Source of the DNA: Eledone cirrhosa
Taxonomy: Eukaryota
Length of the DNA stretch: 64,000 bases
Assembly: GCA_964016885.1 (NCBI GenBank)
Contig: OZ024748.1
Span: 14,012,001 to 14,076,000, forward strand
Direction: 5' to 3'
The notes below the pieces were generated by a model. The model worked only from the letters and a program-made list of their open reading frames with translations, did no database searches and was not told the origin of the DNA. Shown here piece after piece: positions 27,590-42,124 of the stretch. Position numbers and translations under genes: made by a program. Within the stretch, counting starts at the first letter, position 1, and each line of letters starts with the position of its first letter.

Positions 27590-27719
27590 AACATATATCA
27601 GAAGTCCGACACAGAATAAACCTTGAGCTGATTAATAGTGAAACGCGCGTCACTTCTCATTAAATGCAATCAAAACTTAACAAGTCGTGCTTTTCATTAT
27701 TAGTATATATATAAAGTTT

Positions 27720-27890
27720 AAAGCGTGTCTTGAGCCTGTATACTCATGAGGCCGGCGCTCTTCTCGGTTTCTGTGACACTAAACGACAGAGTATAAGACG
27801 TTCCCACCCTAGGTATGACGCCAGCCAATCGCAGTGACCCGCCCGTCTCCCACCAGCTATTTCTGGTACTCATTGACATCTGAGTACTCA
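27720..27890 (-). mobile_element. second SINE family, 3' part (diverged)
   Basis: CTGGTACTCATTGACATCTGAGT and CTCATGAGGCCGGCGCT resemble the reverse of 44140-44275. Confidence 0.5.
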
Positions 27891-28014
27891 GGAGGTACCT
27901 GGAATATATACATGTATATAGGGGGATGGAAGAGATGTTGATTTAGCTATGGGGGAGGATAAAATGTACGTTTCCTTCAGTCCCATATATACGTATTCGT
28001 TTCGCGAATCCAAG

Positions 28015-28320
28015 TACCGGTCGTGCCCTTGGCAGAGGAGACTTCTAGTGTCCTTGGCCCTAGCGCTACCTACTTACTCACCACCATAGGCGCCGAGCTG
28101 GCCAGCTGCCCGTGTGAGCCTCGCGTGTTGGAATGGCTCTTTCAGCGCATCTTCCTCACCATCCTCCGGGGAAACGCCTTGTCCATTGTGTCCGCCGGGG
28201 CTGTGGGGAGGCCGGAACGTGGGTCCCCACTTACTCACAATACAGAGAGATGGGGAGGAGAACGAGTGAGGTGGAGGCGATGACAGTGGGAGTTGGGCTC
28301 TTCCAAGTTCGGACCAAATC
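28015..28320 (+). mobile_element. 3' fragment of CRE-like (restriction-like endonuclease) LINE
   Basis: VPLAEETSSVLGP..IG..EPR..EWLFQRI..ILRGNALSI matches the P.A.ET.G..G / QRIS.AI.RGNA motif. Confidence 0.75.
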
Positions 28321-28437
28321 CCTGTGGTTGTGTTCATTTTCTATCATGTTATTTATTTCCAAGTTGTATTTAGGTATAACTCTCCAAACACCTAAGTTGC
28401 TCATTTGATTGGTGCGTGGACTTCATTAATCACCCAA

Positions 28438-28630
28438 TTTGGTGGATTGGCAGTATCGGTAGAGGGTCGGACGCCATGCTTTGACGCAAAGAGCTACGGC
28501 CCTTGCCATTCTGAGTTCAAATCTCCCCGAGATTAACTCTGCCTTTCCTCCCTACGGGGTCGATAAAATAAAGTACCAGTAATACATTGAGTAATTGCTG
28601 GCCTTGTGCCACAAGTAGAAACAATTATGT
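28438..28630 (+). mobile_element. full-length SINE
   Basis: A-box TGGCAGTATCGG, B-box, core and tail. Confidence 0.9.
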
Positions 28631-30403
28631 ACTTTAAGGAAAGTTCTCTCCCTTACAAGCACCCCAGACAATTGTTTATTTTGTAAAGTGCTCCCTTTTA
28701 ATGCCACCAATCTTGGCCTTCTTAAATACAGTTATGAGGGTTGCCCTGCTACTTCCCTCCACCCGTGTCAGAGATTTTAAAAAAATAAATAAAACATAAG
28801 GTGATTCCGTTGTAGATATATAGCAAATAAGTAATGCAAAAATAAAACAACGAAGCTCTTTGAATTTTTTGGTAGCAGAGTTTATCGTCACCTGAATGAA
28901 ATTTTAAGAGAAATTACTGACGTTTAATGATTATTTTTTTTCTTTGCTTTAGTTTCCGCGCTCTTATTAGTAGTGGGATGTGGGGTAAAGGTGTGGTGTT
29001 GAGCTGGAATGAATTAAAGTGATACTCTATGGTAAGTTTTCCATGTACATCCTTTCAATTTCATCAAACTCTGATTACCTGCTGATAGTTACAGGTGTGT
29101 GTTGCCAGCAGACTCGGTGATTATAAATATAATTTGTTGTAGAAATGGTACAACGGGATGCAGTGGAAGTTTTATAGCAATCGTGTAAAGGTAAAAAAAA
29201 CAATAACAACAACAATATTAACTACAAAAACAATAATAAATACAACTACAATAACCACAACAACAACAACAACAATAAGCATCTTTGAATTTTAGTAACA
29301 GGGTTCAATGTCATTTTGATGAAATTTTATGAGAAATTGCTCACATCTTTTCCGATTTTTCTTGTGTTTTACTGTTTGTTTTGTTAGTTTTTTTGTTCTT
29401 TTTTCTCTACGGGTGTGGGTTGAGGGTGTGGTGGAGTAAATAGATTAAGAAATAATGGCTAGAAAGGAGAATATTTTGCAAAATCGTGATAAATTTCCTG
29501 ATTGTTTTCCAATTATTGAAATATTTTTATTGTGATTTCAGCTACAAAGAAATCCGTTACTCGGCATGCTTTACACTTCATTCTTGATTTCCTGCTGGGA
29601 ATTCGGCATTTTTTGCAATTATTTCATTGCAATGGCTGCAACAACAGTTTGCGGTTATTAATTCACAGAGGAAAAAAATAAAAAAGGTAATTATTTTTAC
29701 CTCGTGTTTTGTTGTAATTTATTTTCTTTTGTTGTATTTTTAACCATCTTCTGCATGTGGTTGTGTGATTTTATATGAACATGTGTGAATATGATTGTAG
29801 TATATGCACACATTTATATATGTATATATAACTGCGTAATTATGTGTGTGTGTGTGTGTATATATATATATACATACATGTGTATATAAACATATACATA
29901 CATATGTCTATATAAACATATATATACTTATATATATAAATATATACATGTATATACTTATATATATATATAAGTTTATATAAATAGATATATATACATG
30001 TGTATATAAACTTATATATATAAGTGTATATAAATAGATATATATACATGTGTATATAAACTTATATATATAAGTGTATATAAATATATATATATATATG
30101 TGTATATATACATGTATATATGTGTATATATATATATGTCTGTATATAAATATATATACATATATATATAAATATATATATATGTGTGTGTAAATAATTA
30201 TATATATATACATATATATACTTATAAATGTATATATACATATATATATATAGATATATATACATGTATATATATATATAGGTATATATAAATGTATATA
30301 TACATATAGAATTGTTTCTGCTTTTGGCACAAGGCCAGCTGAGCACTTGTATATGTATGTGAATATTCATACAAATCCATTTATATATATATATATATAT
30401 ATA

Positions 30404-31179
30404 TATAATCAAGGTTTAGCAAATAAGAAAAAGTTTTAAAATAAATTTTAAAAAATTCACTGTACCTTTACCGTACGGTTTCGAGTCTCAAAAGTAAATG
30501 GATAGTCCTTACGGGCCTCCATTGAAAAGAAGGACCCTCGTCAGAAGGTTCTTTTCACTCGGAGAATATAAAATTCCCGAGTTCGAATTACGAACTGGCG
30601 CTATTCAAAATTGTTCCCGAGATGAGGATGAATGATGTAGAAGCAATTCTGTCCAGTGCCGTGTGAAAAGATAGAAGGCAGAGGTCAATACACAACCACT
30701 AGAAATAGCAGCTGCAAATATGACCAAATGTTATCTCGACCAGGAGAAGTCGTAATTCGAACTCGGGAATTTTATATTCTCCGAGTGAAAAGAATCTTCC
30801 GACGAGGGTCTTTCTTTTCAATGGAGGCCAGTAAGGACTATCCATTTACTTTTTAGACTCGAAACCGTACGGTAAAGGTAACCATCTCAGGTACATTGAA
30901 TTTTTTTAAAAACTTTTTCTTATTTGGTAAACCTTGATTATATATTTTCTGGCTCGTTAATTTATTAACCTGCCATAGAACCACATTGGCATATGGCTAG
31001 ATAATACATGTGTCCCTATATGTATTTTGAGTGTAGGGATATATACTTTATTATTATTAATCTCCCCCTGGTCGCGATAACATTTGGTCGTTTTGACTGC
31101 TGCTATTTCTAGTGGTTGTGTATTGACCTTTCACCCTCGGCCTTCTATCTTTGCACAAGGCACTGGACAGAATTGCTAC

Positions 31180-31180
<1 letters not shown>
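30404..31180. mobile_element. family D: inverted, circularly permuted ~475-nt hammerhead-bearing unit in (TA)n
   Basis: 30404-30595 is the reverse complement of 30749-30943; 30640-30748 is the reverse complement of 31066-31180. Confidence 0.8.
30464..30549 (-). ncRNA. type-I hammerhead ribozyme with extended helix II (plus-strand copy 30794-30879 has a U4C core change)
   Basis: ACCTT CTGACGA GGGTC..GACTC GAAACCGTACGGTA AAGGT; palindromic helix III, GUA site. Confidence 0.8.
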
Positions 31181-31213
<33 letters not shown>

Positions 31214-31272
31214 TATATGTACATATATACACATGCATATGTACATATATATATACATGTGCATATATACCT

Positions 31273-31529
31273 ATATTAATTCAAAATATTAACAAAAATA
31301 GACATTCGTGTGATCAAGTATATTTTATTATACATATTTCAGAGGTACTGAGCTATCTTCAACAGTACGTCCTCATCAGATAAAATATGATGATAGGTAT
31401 GTCATGCATCATCTTCTTTTATCTGATGAGGACGTACTGTTGAAGATAGGTCAGTACCTCTGAAATATGTATAATAAAATATACTTGATCACACGAATGT
31501 CTATTTTTGTTAATATTTTGAATTAATAT
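31273..31529. mobile_element. family E fold-back element, ~113-bp arms
   Basis: 31273-31385 mirrors 31417-31529 almost perfectly. Confidence 0.9.
31417..31479 (+). ncRNA. minimal type-I hammerhead ribozyme (mirror copy on minus strand at 31323-31385)
   Basis: TTTTAT CTGATGA GGACGTACTG-loop-CAGTACCTCT GAAA TATGTA TA ATAAAA. Confidence 0.8.
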
Positions 31530-31744
31530 TAATAACTCCGGAAAACCATAACGTTGATTTATTCATTGAACCTTGTTTAACCTTTAAATATATACCTATA
31601 TATATATATGTATATATGCACATGTATACATGTACATATATAAGTATGTATATATATATATGTATATATGACATGTATATATGTACATATATAAAAGTGT
31701 GTATATATGTACATATATAAAAGTGTATAAGTGTGTATATATAC

Positions 31745-32123
31745 GGCTCAGAGCAGGAGAGTTAGGGCGAAAAAGGTATCGGATGCTGAATTGCCGACGA
31801 CATAGTTTTGGTGACAAATGCAGTGAAGGAGGCGGAGGATTTGATGCGGGAGGTTGAGACTGTGTCGATGAGTGTGGGGCTAAGAATAAATGAGACTAAA
31901 ACAAAATATCTGGTAGAGAAAGTTGAGAAGCCAGAGGGGATCACTAATGTAGGCGGGAAGCGGCTAGAATTGTTTGAGGGCTTCCTGTATTTGGGAGCAA
32001 AGATTGGGAATACGGAAGATGCTGTGGTTGAGAGGAAGAGCAAGGCCTGGGCGGCATGCCACAGCTTGAGATCGGTGTGGAAGTCGGACCTTCGTAGAGA
32101 CCTGAAAATCCGCCTCTTCATTG

Positions 32124-32126
<3 letters not shown>
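31745..32126 (+). mobile_element. internal RT fragment of RTE-type LINE
   Basis: ADDIVLV..GLRINETKTK..FLYLG..KAWAACHSLRSVWKS..LKIRLF; TA repeats on both sides. Confidence 0.85.
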
Positions 32127-32169
<43 letters not shown>

Positions 32170-32173
<4 letters not shown>

Positions 32174-32369
32174 CGAAGGAAATGTGGTAAGGGAGCAGAT
32201 GGACCATAACGCACCAAAGTACTCAATACTTAGGGTAGTAGAGTGGGTAATAGGAACGAGTAGGACGCCGACGCCTGAGCTCAAGCCGTTTCGACGGCTA
32301 ATTATGGACTAAAAAAAAAAAATTACCCGTCGAAACAGCTTGAGCTCAGCCGTCGGGGTCCTACACGTT

Positions 32370-32373
<4 letters not shown>
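32170..32373 (-). mobile_element. family B fold-back element
   Basis: reverse complement of 9045-9178 plus an inverted short arm. Confidence 0.85.
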
Positions 32374-32423
<50 letters not shown>

Positions 32424-32796
32424 CATGGATATGTATGAATATTCACAATACATACACAAGTGTTCTCAGTTATTTTTTCACATATTTAGCTATTTTCTCC
32501 TCTTTCTATGTTTCTTTTGTTACTTTATTCATTTATTCCCATATTTATTTATTTTCACCTCCTACTCTTCCCCTTTTTCATTTTCTCTTTTCCTTCTCCT
32601 TCCTCCATTCTAATGTTGTAATGATTCACATTTAGTGGATGCAAGACAATTTTCATTGCATTTGTTGCCGTTGTTAGTTGTTCCTGTTGTTTTTGTTGTG
32701 TTCTTAGAAATGGTGTCACTGTTGTTGGCTGTGGTCGTCGTGTTGTCTGTGATCAGTAATGTTTATTATACGTGTTGCTTTCCTTTAATTGTTTTG

Positions 32797-32847
<51 letters not shown>

Positions 32848-34337
32848 ATGTGTGCGTGTGTCTGTGTGTGTGTTTATATATATATATACACATACATGCA
32901 TATATATATATACACACACATATATATATACATACATACACATATATATACACACACATATATATACATGTACATATATACATATACATACATATCTATA
33001 TACACATATATATATATACTAATATACATATATATATATATACATATATATACATATATACATATACATATATATATACATATATATTCACATACACATA
33101 TATATACACATATACACACGCACATATATATATATATATATATACATATATATATACACATACATATAAATACACATATACACACACACATATATATATA
33201 TATAAATAAATGCACATACACACACATATATATATATATATACATATACACATATATACAAATATATATACACATATACATATATATATATACATACACA
33301 TGTATATTTATATACATATATATATATATATTTACATATATATATATATAGATATATATAAAAAGATATATAGCTATATATATATATAGAATTTTATTTT
33401 TTATTATATTTTATAACATTTTTTATTTCATATTTTATATTTTACCTAGTTTTCTTTGCTGCTTTTGAAATATATATTATTGTTATTTGTTTTAAATTGC
33501 TGTTGCCCCCCCCCCCCTATATTATATATAATTAATTTAGATGTCTTTTCTTTAGCTTCTTTTACCATTCTCTCACTTAAAATGCAAATTAAATTCCATT
33601 AAAACATAAATCATGGATCCTCTAAAATTTCCGTATTTTTTCTCATTTTTTAAAAAACATTTTTTCTCTTTATTCTTTTCTCCATTTTTTCTTATTTTTA
33701 TTCGTCTTCTTTTTCTTCTTTTTCTTCTTTTTCTTCTTCTTGTTATTCTTCGTGTTCTTTACTACTTCTCTTTCGTATTCGTATCCGTCTATTATTATTA
33801 TTAATAGAATTCCATTTGTTTTTCTTTTTCTTCTTGCTGTTTCCCTTTTTCTTTTACGTGATTTTCTTCAGCCTCTGTCTTCCGTTTTCTCTTCTTTCTT
33901 CTACTTTTCCTCCTTCTTTTGCTTCTTCTCCTCTTCCTTATCCCATTCCTCCTCCTCCTCCTACTCCTATATCTATTCATGTCCTCCTCCCGCCTCAATT
34001 CTGTCACACATGTTTTATTTGATTGTTATTAGTGAGATTTTTATTGTTATTTTTGAATGATCGAATAAGTCTACATGATTTTTCTATTTATTTTCAATTT
34101 GTGTGTGTGTGTGTGCCATTGTGTGTGCGCGTGCGCGTGTGTGCGCGTGCGTGTCCTTTATTTTTTTATATAAATTTTAAGCTTGAAACAACAAATTAAA
34201 TATTATTAACATTTAAAAGTGTGAGGAGGGAGGAAGGGAGTATTTCCCTCGCCCCTCTCCCTTCCCCACACTTTTTCAATATTAATGTGTCTCATCAGCA
34301 ATTGTTTACCTAGAGGCATGCATTAACTGACTTCTTA

Positions 34338-34922
34338 CACCACCACCACCACCATTGCTACCAATAACAACATCACCATCTTCACCACCCGTGCTATCGA
34401 TAACAACATCATCACCATCACCACTATTATCACCACTAAGGATACCATCGTCACCTAATTTTTACAATCCTAACCATTACAACCATGATCATGGCTACCA
34501 CCACCACCACTATCGCCACCACCTTTATCTCACCTAGCACATAATACCGCCATTTTCACCACCACTACTACTACGACCATCAGTACCGTCACAAGCACCA
34601 TCAACATTATCACCAACATCACCACAACAATCACTAACACAATAATCACTAACACAATAATAATAACCACCACCCTCATCCCACGCAACACTGCAACCAG
34701 CGTCTTCACCTGTACCACCTCCACGATAATAACCCCCATCACTACTGTGCAGCCACCGGTGCTACCACCACCACCACCACCACCACTGTCACGATCATGA
34801 CCGTCATCACTACTAAAGTCACCACCACTACCACTATATCACTATATCTACCAGCATCAGTACCATCACTACTACTAACACCAGCACCATCACTACAACC
34901 ATTAGAAACACCAACACCACTG
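34338..34922. repeat. (ACC/ATC/ACT)n trinucleotide-rich low complexity
   Basis: direct reading. Confidence 0.85.
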
Positions 34923-34974
34923 TTTGAGAAAACTCTAGGCCAACTTTCCGAAGCGAAATTCCTGAAAGAGTGAA

Positions 34975-35190
34975 GCAGAATTTGAACTCAGAATGCATAC
35001 AACCGAATCAGATACTACACAGTATTCTGTCCTCCTCTTTACCAATCCCAAAACCATTCACCCGCGAATTAATACTTAGTTTACCGACCAGGAAATGATG
35101 AAAGCAATGTTGATCTCAACGGGATTTGAATTCTGAGTGCATATCAGCAGAACAATTACGACGTGTGAATGACTCTGCCAATTCGCTGCC
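34975..35190 (-). mobile_element. two old SINE fragments
   Basis: ATTTGAACTCAGAA and GGGATTTGAATTCTGAG..CTGCCAATTCGCTGCC. Confidence 0.55.
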
Positions 35191-36009
35191 ATAAGGAATA
35201 AAGTCTACCATGAAAAATCAATGGTTTTTATTTAATCTCGACACTAAACAAAGGAAAATTAAATTTCACACTGTACGAGGGAACGATATTGTATTTCTTA
35301 CTGTTGTTTTTGTAGTTGTCACTATTGTTATTGTTGCTGTAGTTGTTTTTCCTCAAAGTCTGATCCTACTGTACTATAAAGGAAACAAAGGCAGAGTGTA
35401 TTGAACAATGTAGTCCAAACAACAAATCTACCCGTTGCATTGTCACTTGATCTGGTACAAATAGCAGCTGCACTTCCCTAAAAGAATTCACCCTTTTACT
35501 GTATTGCACTGACAAAATAGTGCACTGACATCAGGGTAGCCCAACGCTTTGACCTCCATGTGTGTTAGCCACAAAACAGCCGCTGCGGGGCGGTTGTTGT
35601 CAAGTTCTGCCTGCACCCTCTGTCTTGCGACCAATGCGCAGGCCATTTCCTCCGACACGCCGCTCTAAACGACATATTGAGAATAAGACTGGACGCAGCT
35701 GGCTTTCCATGTCAACTGGAGCCAGCAGGCCAGATGGCAGCGTTCCGATGGAATCTTCCTCTTCCCATTCGATGGAGGTAGATCTCTCGTCATGTCTGCG
35801 GGGCGCAGCACCACTGCCCTCTTGCCCTAGGCCCAATCACCCTCCCCCTTCATCCCTCCCCTCTCTTCTGCGACACCAGAGTTCTTGCCATCCTCTGCCC
35901 TTCCCGTTCCTTTTCTACATTCTCTCTCTTTGCTCTATATTTCCCTATTCTTTCTTTCCTTTTGTCCCTTTTTTCCCTTTTTTTTATTATTAGCGTCATT
36001 ATAGTTGTC

Positions 36010-36216
36010 TTGACAGTATCGGTAGAGAGTCGGACACCATGCTTTGCAAGCATAGAGTTACGGTCCTTTACGGTTTGAGTTCAAATTCCGCCGAGGTTAC
36101 CTTTGCCTTTCATCCTTACGGGGTGGATAAAATAAAGCACCAGTTACGTACTGGTGTCGATTTATTTTACCCCCCCCCCAATTACTGGCCTTGTGCCTAT
36201 ACTAGAAATCATTATT
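36010..36216 (+). mobile_element. full-length SINE (long-tail variant)
   Basis: head, B-box, core and ATT tail. Confidence 0.9.
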
Positions 36217-36455
36217 AATACAAATACATTATTGTATAATAATACATATAAAACAAGAAACAATGAATATAGCACTTGCAACAGAAAATTGTATAACCAC
36301 TATCATAGGACTGAATTGTTAAGTGTGTGGCATAGGAGGATGGCTCAAGTGCAAGGCTCTATTATCTTTAAAAAATGTTAGAAACACCAGCCAGATGTTT
36401 CCCAAATTATAACACACTACTCTCTTTATATATATATATATATATATATATAGCA

Positions 36456-36510
36456 CTAGGTGGTGTTATTAAGTTAGACATGGCCTGGGCCAACTCTGGC
36501 CCAAAACAGA
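36456..36510 (+). mobile_element. isolated 3' terminus of the CR1-group LINE
   Basis: AGGTGGTGTTATTAAGTTAGACATGGCCTGGGCCAACTCTGGCCC after (TA)n. Confidence 0.85.
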
Positions 36511-37973
36511 TTTGAACTCATCGGACTTCTCCCACAAAAGGAAGCAGAGAAAAGGCAAGAAAGGGATATTGAGGAGGAATCAACACTTATAAGAGAGCGG
36601 TTCTTTATATTTCGACCGCCATAACCTGAAAGACAATACAAACTTCACTATTATATGAACTCAGAGCTTAGAGTGGCTAAACGAACACTAGAAAGTATTT
36701 TCTAACATTTTTATACTCGGGTCAACAATTCTGGCACCACACCAACTCATGGTCATCACATAGATAAAACTTCTGAAAAAGGTTTGAATGCAGTCAAGAA
36801 TCTCTCGTAATCACTTCGTCCATTCAAGTGAAAGATGCGAGCAGCTGAAGCGGCGTTGTAGGTCGAGACAATAGACGTTCCCGTGATACAATTTGTTGCC
36901 ATCTCTTTGAAAGTAAGAGTGAAAGTTAGGTGCCATTTGTCAGTTTTACTGAGCTATTTTATTTAATTTATATCACTGAATCTCATTGATCTTTTGATCT
37001 TTACTTAGTCCGACAATGGCCACCATAAACTGGAACATTGTTGCTGCTATATTAATGGCGTAAATATATATAAATATATATAAATATATATAAATATATA
37101 TATATATATGTGTGTATGTGCATATATATATATATGTAGGTATATATGCATGCATGTATTATGTGCGTATGTATGCATTCATGTTCGTATTCGTGTATAT
37201 ATATATAACTGTAAAATGTTTCATATGATATATAACTCATGTCATACGTTTTTCAGGGAGCTAATTCGATCTAAATTTGCCATGTTTTTAAACAAATGTT
37301 TACGATCAGTTAACAATTGTGAATTGTAGTGTAGCTTCTTAACAGAGAAAAATAATATGATTAGGTAATGAAATTTCTCTGTTGAATTCAACTGACACAA
37401 TAGATGTTTAGAATGTTCACATATAAATCAAATGATATTTTTGTAATGTTATAGAACGAGTCTTAAAGTTGCGGATCATTGCGTGCGTCTTGTCCAGTTT
37501 TAAATGACGTACATTCGATATGTATCTATGTATTTAGATTATGCTGTTACCATATTATAATAAAACACACATAAGCAGACGCACAAACACATATATATAA
37601 ATATACACACATATACACACACACGCACAGAAACACATATATATATACATACACACATATGTACATACACACATACATACATATATATTTAGAGAGAGAG
37701 AAAGATTATACATGCAACTAAAGCACGCACACGCACACACACACACACACACACACATAATCTCCTACGCACACAGATTGTTTACACATGTATAAGGGTT
37801 TATGCAATGATTTCAAGTACGTATAACTGAATGAATGCATCTCAATATAAATATATATCTTTATGTGTAAATTGATATATATATATACATATATACACAT
37901 TCTTTGCACTCAAATATACACCAACATCTATATATACATACACACAGACACACACATATATATATATATACAT

Positions 37974-38005
<32 letters not shown>

Positions 38006-38657
38006 ATATATACACAAATACACACACACATTCATACACGCAAACACACATGTATATATTTATATATACGCGCACACATATATATTTATACATACACATA
38101 TTTATATTTTTATATATTCCCATACACATATTAATACACATACACACACACATATATATATATACATATATATATATATATGTGTGAGTATATATATATA
38201 TATATATGTGTGTGCGTGTACATATATGTATATATACGCCAATATTCTTATATTACAAGATGTACTTTAGTTTTACTGTCGACTGGTTGAGGATATTTTG
38301 CAAATATTGATTATATTTTATATATTTCATTACCAACAATAAATACGCTACATTTTCTCTTGTTTAAACATCGATAGATCTAAACATATGAAGAGAAAAA
38401 TTGCAGACCATCCCTGGCATTGTTACTTTGCGCCAATATGGCGCTATTCATTTATAACTAACGCCTCTCTTCATTTTACTTAACCATTTGCATTTCCTAC
38501 CAATTACATCGTGAAAGCGCCATTTAAAAATATACAAAATCTGTTAACTTCATTTTATATTTATCCATGTCAAAATTATAGGCGTACTGTTCGTAACCTG
38601 GTCATTGCCATAACTCCAAAATCTATATTGTTTAGTTTATATGTTTATGTGTGTGTG

Positions 38658-38724
<67 letters not shown>

Positions 38725-38729
38725 TATTT

Positions 38730-38921
38730 CCTGCCAGCATGACTTGGCAAGCTAATTAGAACACTGGATTAACGCCTTTATTCTCAGAAGAGATATTATC
38801 TCGAAATATCACGATATTCAAAAAAATTTAAGGTAAAAGAGTAATTGTCAGCAATATCTTTTGCATTTGTATTTATATTCTATATCCATAACTGCCTTGT
38901 TCTGGCCTTCTAACTCCAAAC

Positions 38922-38976
<55 letters not shown>

Positions 38977-39242
38977 AGGAGGTTATAGTTCACTTGAAGC
39001 ATTGTGTAATTAGGTATAAACGTTTGTATATGTATAATAAAGCCAAAACAATGCAGGTATGGACATAGAATAAAGAATGCAAATGCAAAAGATATTGTTG
39101 ACAATTAGTCTTTTACCTTAGATTTATTTAAATGTCCTTAATTTTCGAGATAATATCTCTTCTTCGGAGCGAAGTAAAGCGGTTAAACCTGTGTTCTACA
39201 TAGCTTGCTAAGCGTGACTTGGCAAGCTATTTAGAACACTGG

Positions 39243-39247
<5 letters not shown>
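38730..39247. mobile_element. two opposed copies of a TA-embedded repeat, the second with a short inverted tail
   Basis: 38741-38910 is approximately the reverse complement of 39040-39212; GACTTGGCAAGCTA.TTAGAACACTGG repeated at 39217. Confidence 0.7.
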
Positions 39248-39282
<35 letters not shown>

Positions 39283-39331
39283 GCACATACACACACACGC
39301 ACATATATATGTCTCTCTGTCTCTCTCAATA

Positions 39332-39389
<58 letters not shown>

Positions 39390-39698
39390 TATATGTATGT
39401 CTCTCTCTCGATCTATCTCAATATATATATACTCATTCAAAATCACAAAAACCTGTTAATTTTCATTAATATTATAAAATGATTGAAATTTGATATACAA
39501 AGATAAATATAAAATCAACTAATAAAAACAAGGGTAAAGGGCAGATCTGGCGTATTTCTTGGTATCTAAAATGTAGCCACACCCTGCGCGACAGAAAATC
39601 TTTTCACTTTATGTTTAATATTTTCATACCTAAAAATATATGATAAATGATGTGAAGTAAACAGTCTGTCTGTGTGTATGTAAATATATACATACAAT

Positions 39699-39729
<31 letters not shown>

Positions 39730-40757
39730 TATGGTTGTTTAAATGAGTAAAAGACCTACACTGTACTTGCTGTCCTTGTTTTCATTTCAATATAGGTTCA
39801 CAGATCAATCATTTTTCAAGCAAGTACATCTCAGTAATCATAGCTTTTCTAATGTAGCTTTGCTTTAAGAAAACCCTTTTCTCTATATTATCCTACAGAT
39901 TATCTAGGTTATTCCTGTTAGTAGATCCGTCTTATAAGAATCGACATATAGTCCAACAAATATTATGGATACATTAGATAAAATTGCCCAGCTTTTAGAT
40001 GAAACCTCCTAAGTTCATTCATCCCTAGTCTCTCCTCATTCTTTCTGACTCCCCAGTCTGTCGCTCTCTTTTCTCTCTGTCTCTCTTTCCATCCATATAT
40101 ATATATATAGAGAGAGAGTGAGATAGATAGAGAGAAAGTGACATATGTAGATATATATATATATATAATATGCCACACACCATTTTCTCATATTTTTTAC
40201 ATACGTCCACTATACTTATCTCTACTTATTTATTCAAATAAGTTTTCTATTGGAAGTGAGATTTGTGTGCTGAAAGACGGGACAAAACAATTGGTGAATA
40301 TCTGTCAGGAGTGTGCGTGTATGTGTGTGTGTGTGTGTGCCTACGTGCATGGGTGTGTATGTGTTTCCGTGAGTGGATATGTTGGTGTATAGGAGTAGAA
40401 TCATGAAAAAGAAATATGAAAAAAAAAATACGAAAAGAACTCCGAAAAAACAGAGGAAAGAAATATGAAAAAAAGAAATACATGGAAAAAAAGATGGAAA
40501 TCATGAAAATATTCTCTCATAAATATTTAGCAAGCTTGGTTGAATGACCAATTCCTACATCTGAGAAGTTGACATTTATTCGTGTCTCCAATAGATATCT
40601 GATATTTTATCTAAATATTTATGCTTAATCAATTCTTCTTCTTTCAATCGGAATTCTGTGTTGTTGTTGATGATGATGCATTTTTTCTTTTCTTTTTTAA
40701 TAATCTTTCTCTTTCTAGCTATCTATATCATCTCTCTATCTATCTATACACACACAC

Positions 40758-40884
<127 letters not shown>

Positions 40885-40992
40885 AAATATAAATATATAT
40901 ATATATGTATATACATACATATAGATATATGTATCAAATATAAATATATATATATATACATACATGTAGATATATGTATCAAATATAAATGC

Positions 40993-41035
<43 letters not shown>

Positions 41036-41295
41036 CATATAAATATATATATGCAAATACACACACACACACACACATATATATATACTTATTTATTGCA
41101 TGCCATAAAATAAGTGCTTGCGTGAGAGAACATACACACACACACATATATATATATATTATACATACACACACACATATGCTAGCCTGCATTTGTCTAT
41201 ATAAATATATTTGTATCTAATAATATATATGCGTATAGTTTTATGATGTAATTACATAGACACACGCAATCACACAGACACACTGGCATATACGT

Positions 41296-41406
<111 letters not shown>

Positions 41407-42124
41407 TGTGTGTGTTTGTGCGTGTGTGTGTAAATACGTTGATACAAAGCTCGGCTAATATTTTATGTTTATGGGTGTGTGAATGTGTTATATATGTGTG
41501 TGTGTGGGGGTGCGCGCGTTTATGTATATATACATACAGAGAGAGAGAGAGAGGGAGTGAGAAGAAAGAGAGAGAGAATGTTTGATTGCTAGAAATATAT
41601 ATATATACAATTTGGTAATATGATCCGCAGAAACCTGAATTTAATATAGTATAAGCTGAAATATAGTAATAATCGTGCTTTGTTCAAATCTCACTAAGGT
41701 CGAATTTTCTTTCTTAACCTTACTATTATTGCAGGGGTGGGGACAATGTTTACCGAGTTATGTCTCGAAATGTATGTCTAAAATATCGAAAATTCATTTT
41801 GACCAATGCTCTCAATTCTATATTTTATCCTTCTGCCACCCACCTTATATCAAATATAGAATAAAATGTGTAATTTAGTCAAACGTCCACCCAATAATTT
41901 CATGGCGGAGAAGAAAATAGACGAAATCTATCGCAATATATTGAATGCATGTCCCGTATTTTCTGAGGGTGTCGTAGGGTCACTATATTAACCTACGGCA
42001 TTTGTTGTAAACCTAGGGGCGCCCATCCTCCTCTCCAGATCTGATCTGAATACGGCAGATTTATTCCGGAGAAGGATAGAGTAATTCAGGAGAAAGATAG
42101 AGAATGAAATTGAGATAGGACTAT

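Noticed and set aside
27630-27665. GAAACGCGCGTC hammerhead half (similarly GAAACACGTATA at ~49489)
   Set aside because: No intact CUGANGA or helix II upstream; likely decayed Penelope ends.
28676-28891. Minus-strand exon after TTTCATTCAG (also ~17105)
   Set aside because: Acceptor-like site only, with no convincing donor or recognisable peptide.
38780-38820. Hammerhead at CTCAGAA-GAGAT-ATT-ATCTC-GAAA
   Set aside because: The core is degenerate in both copies and helix I is unsupported; at most a remnant.
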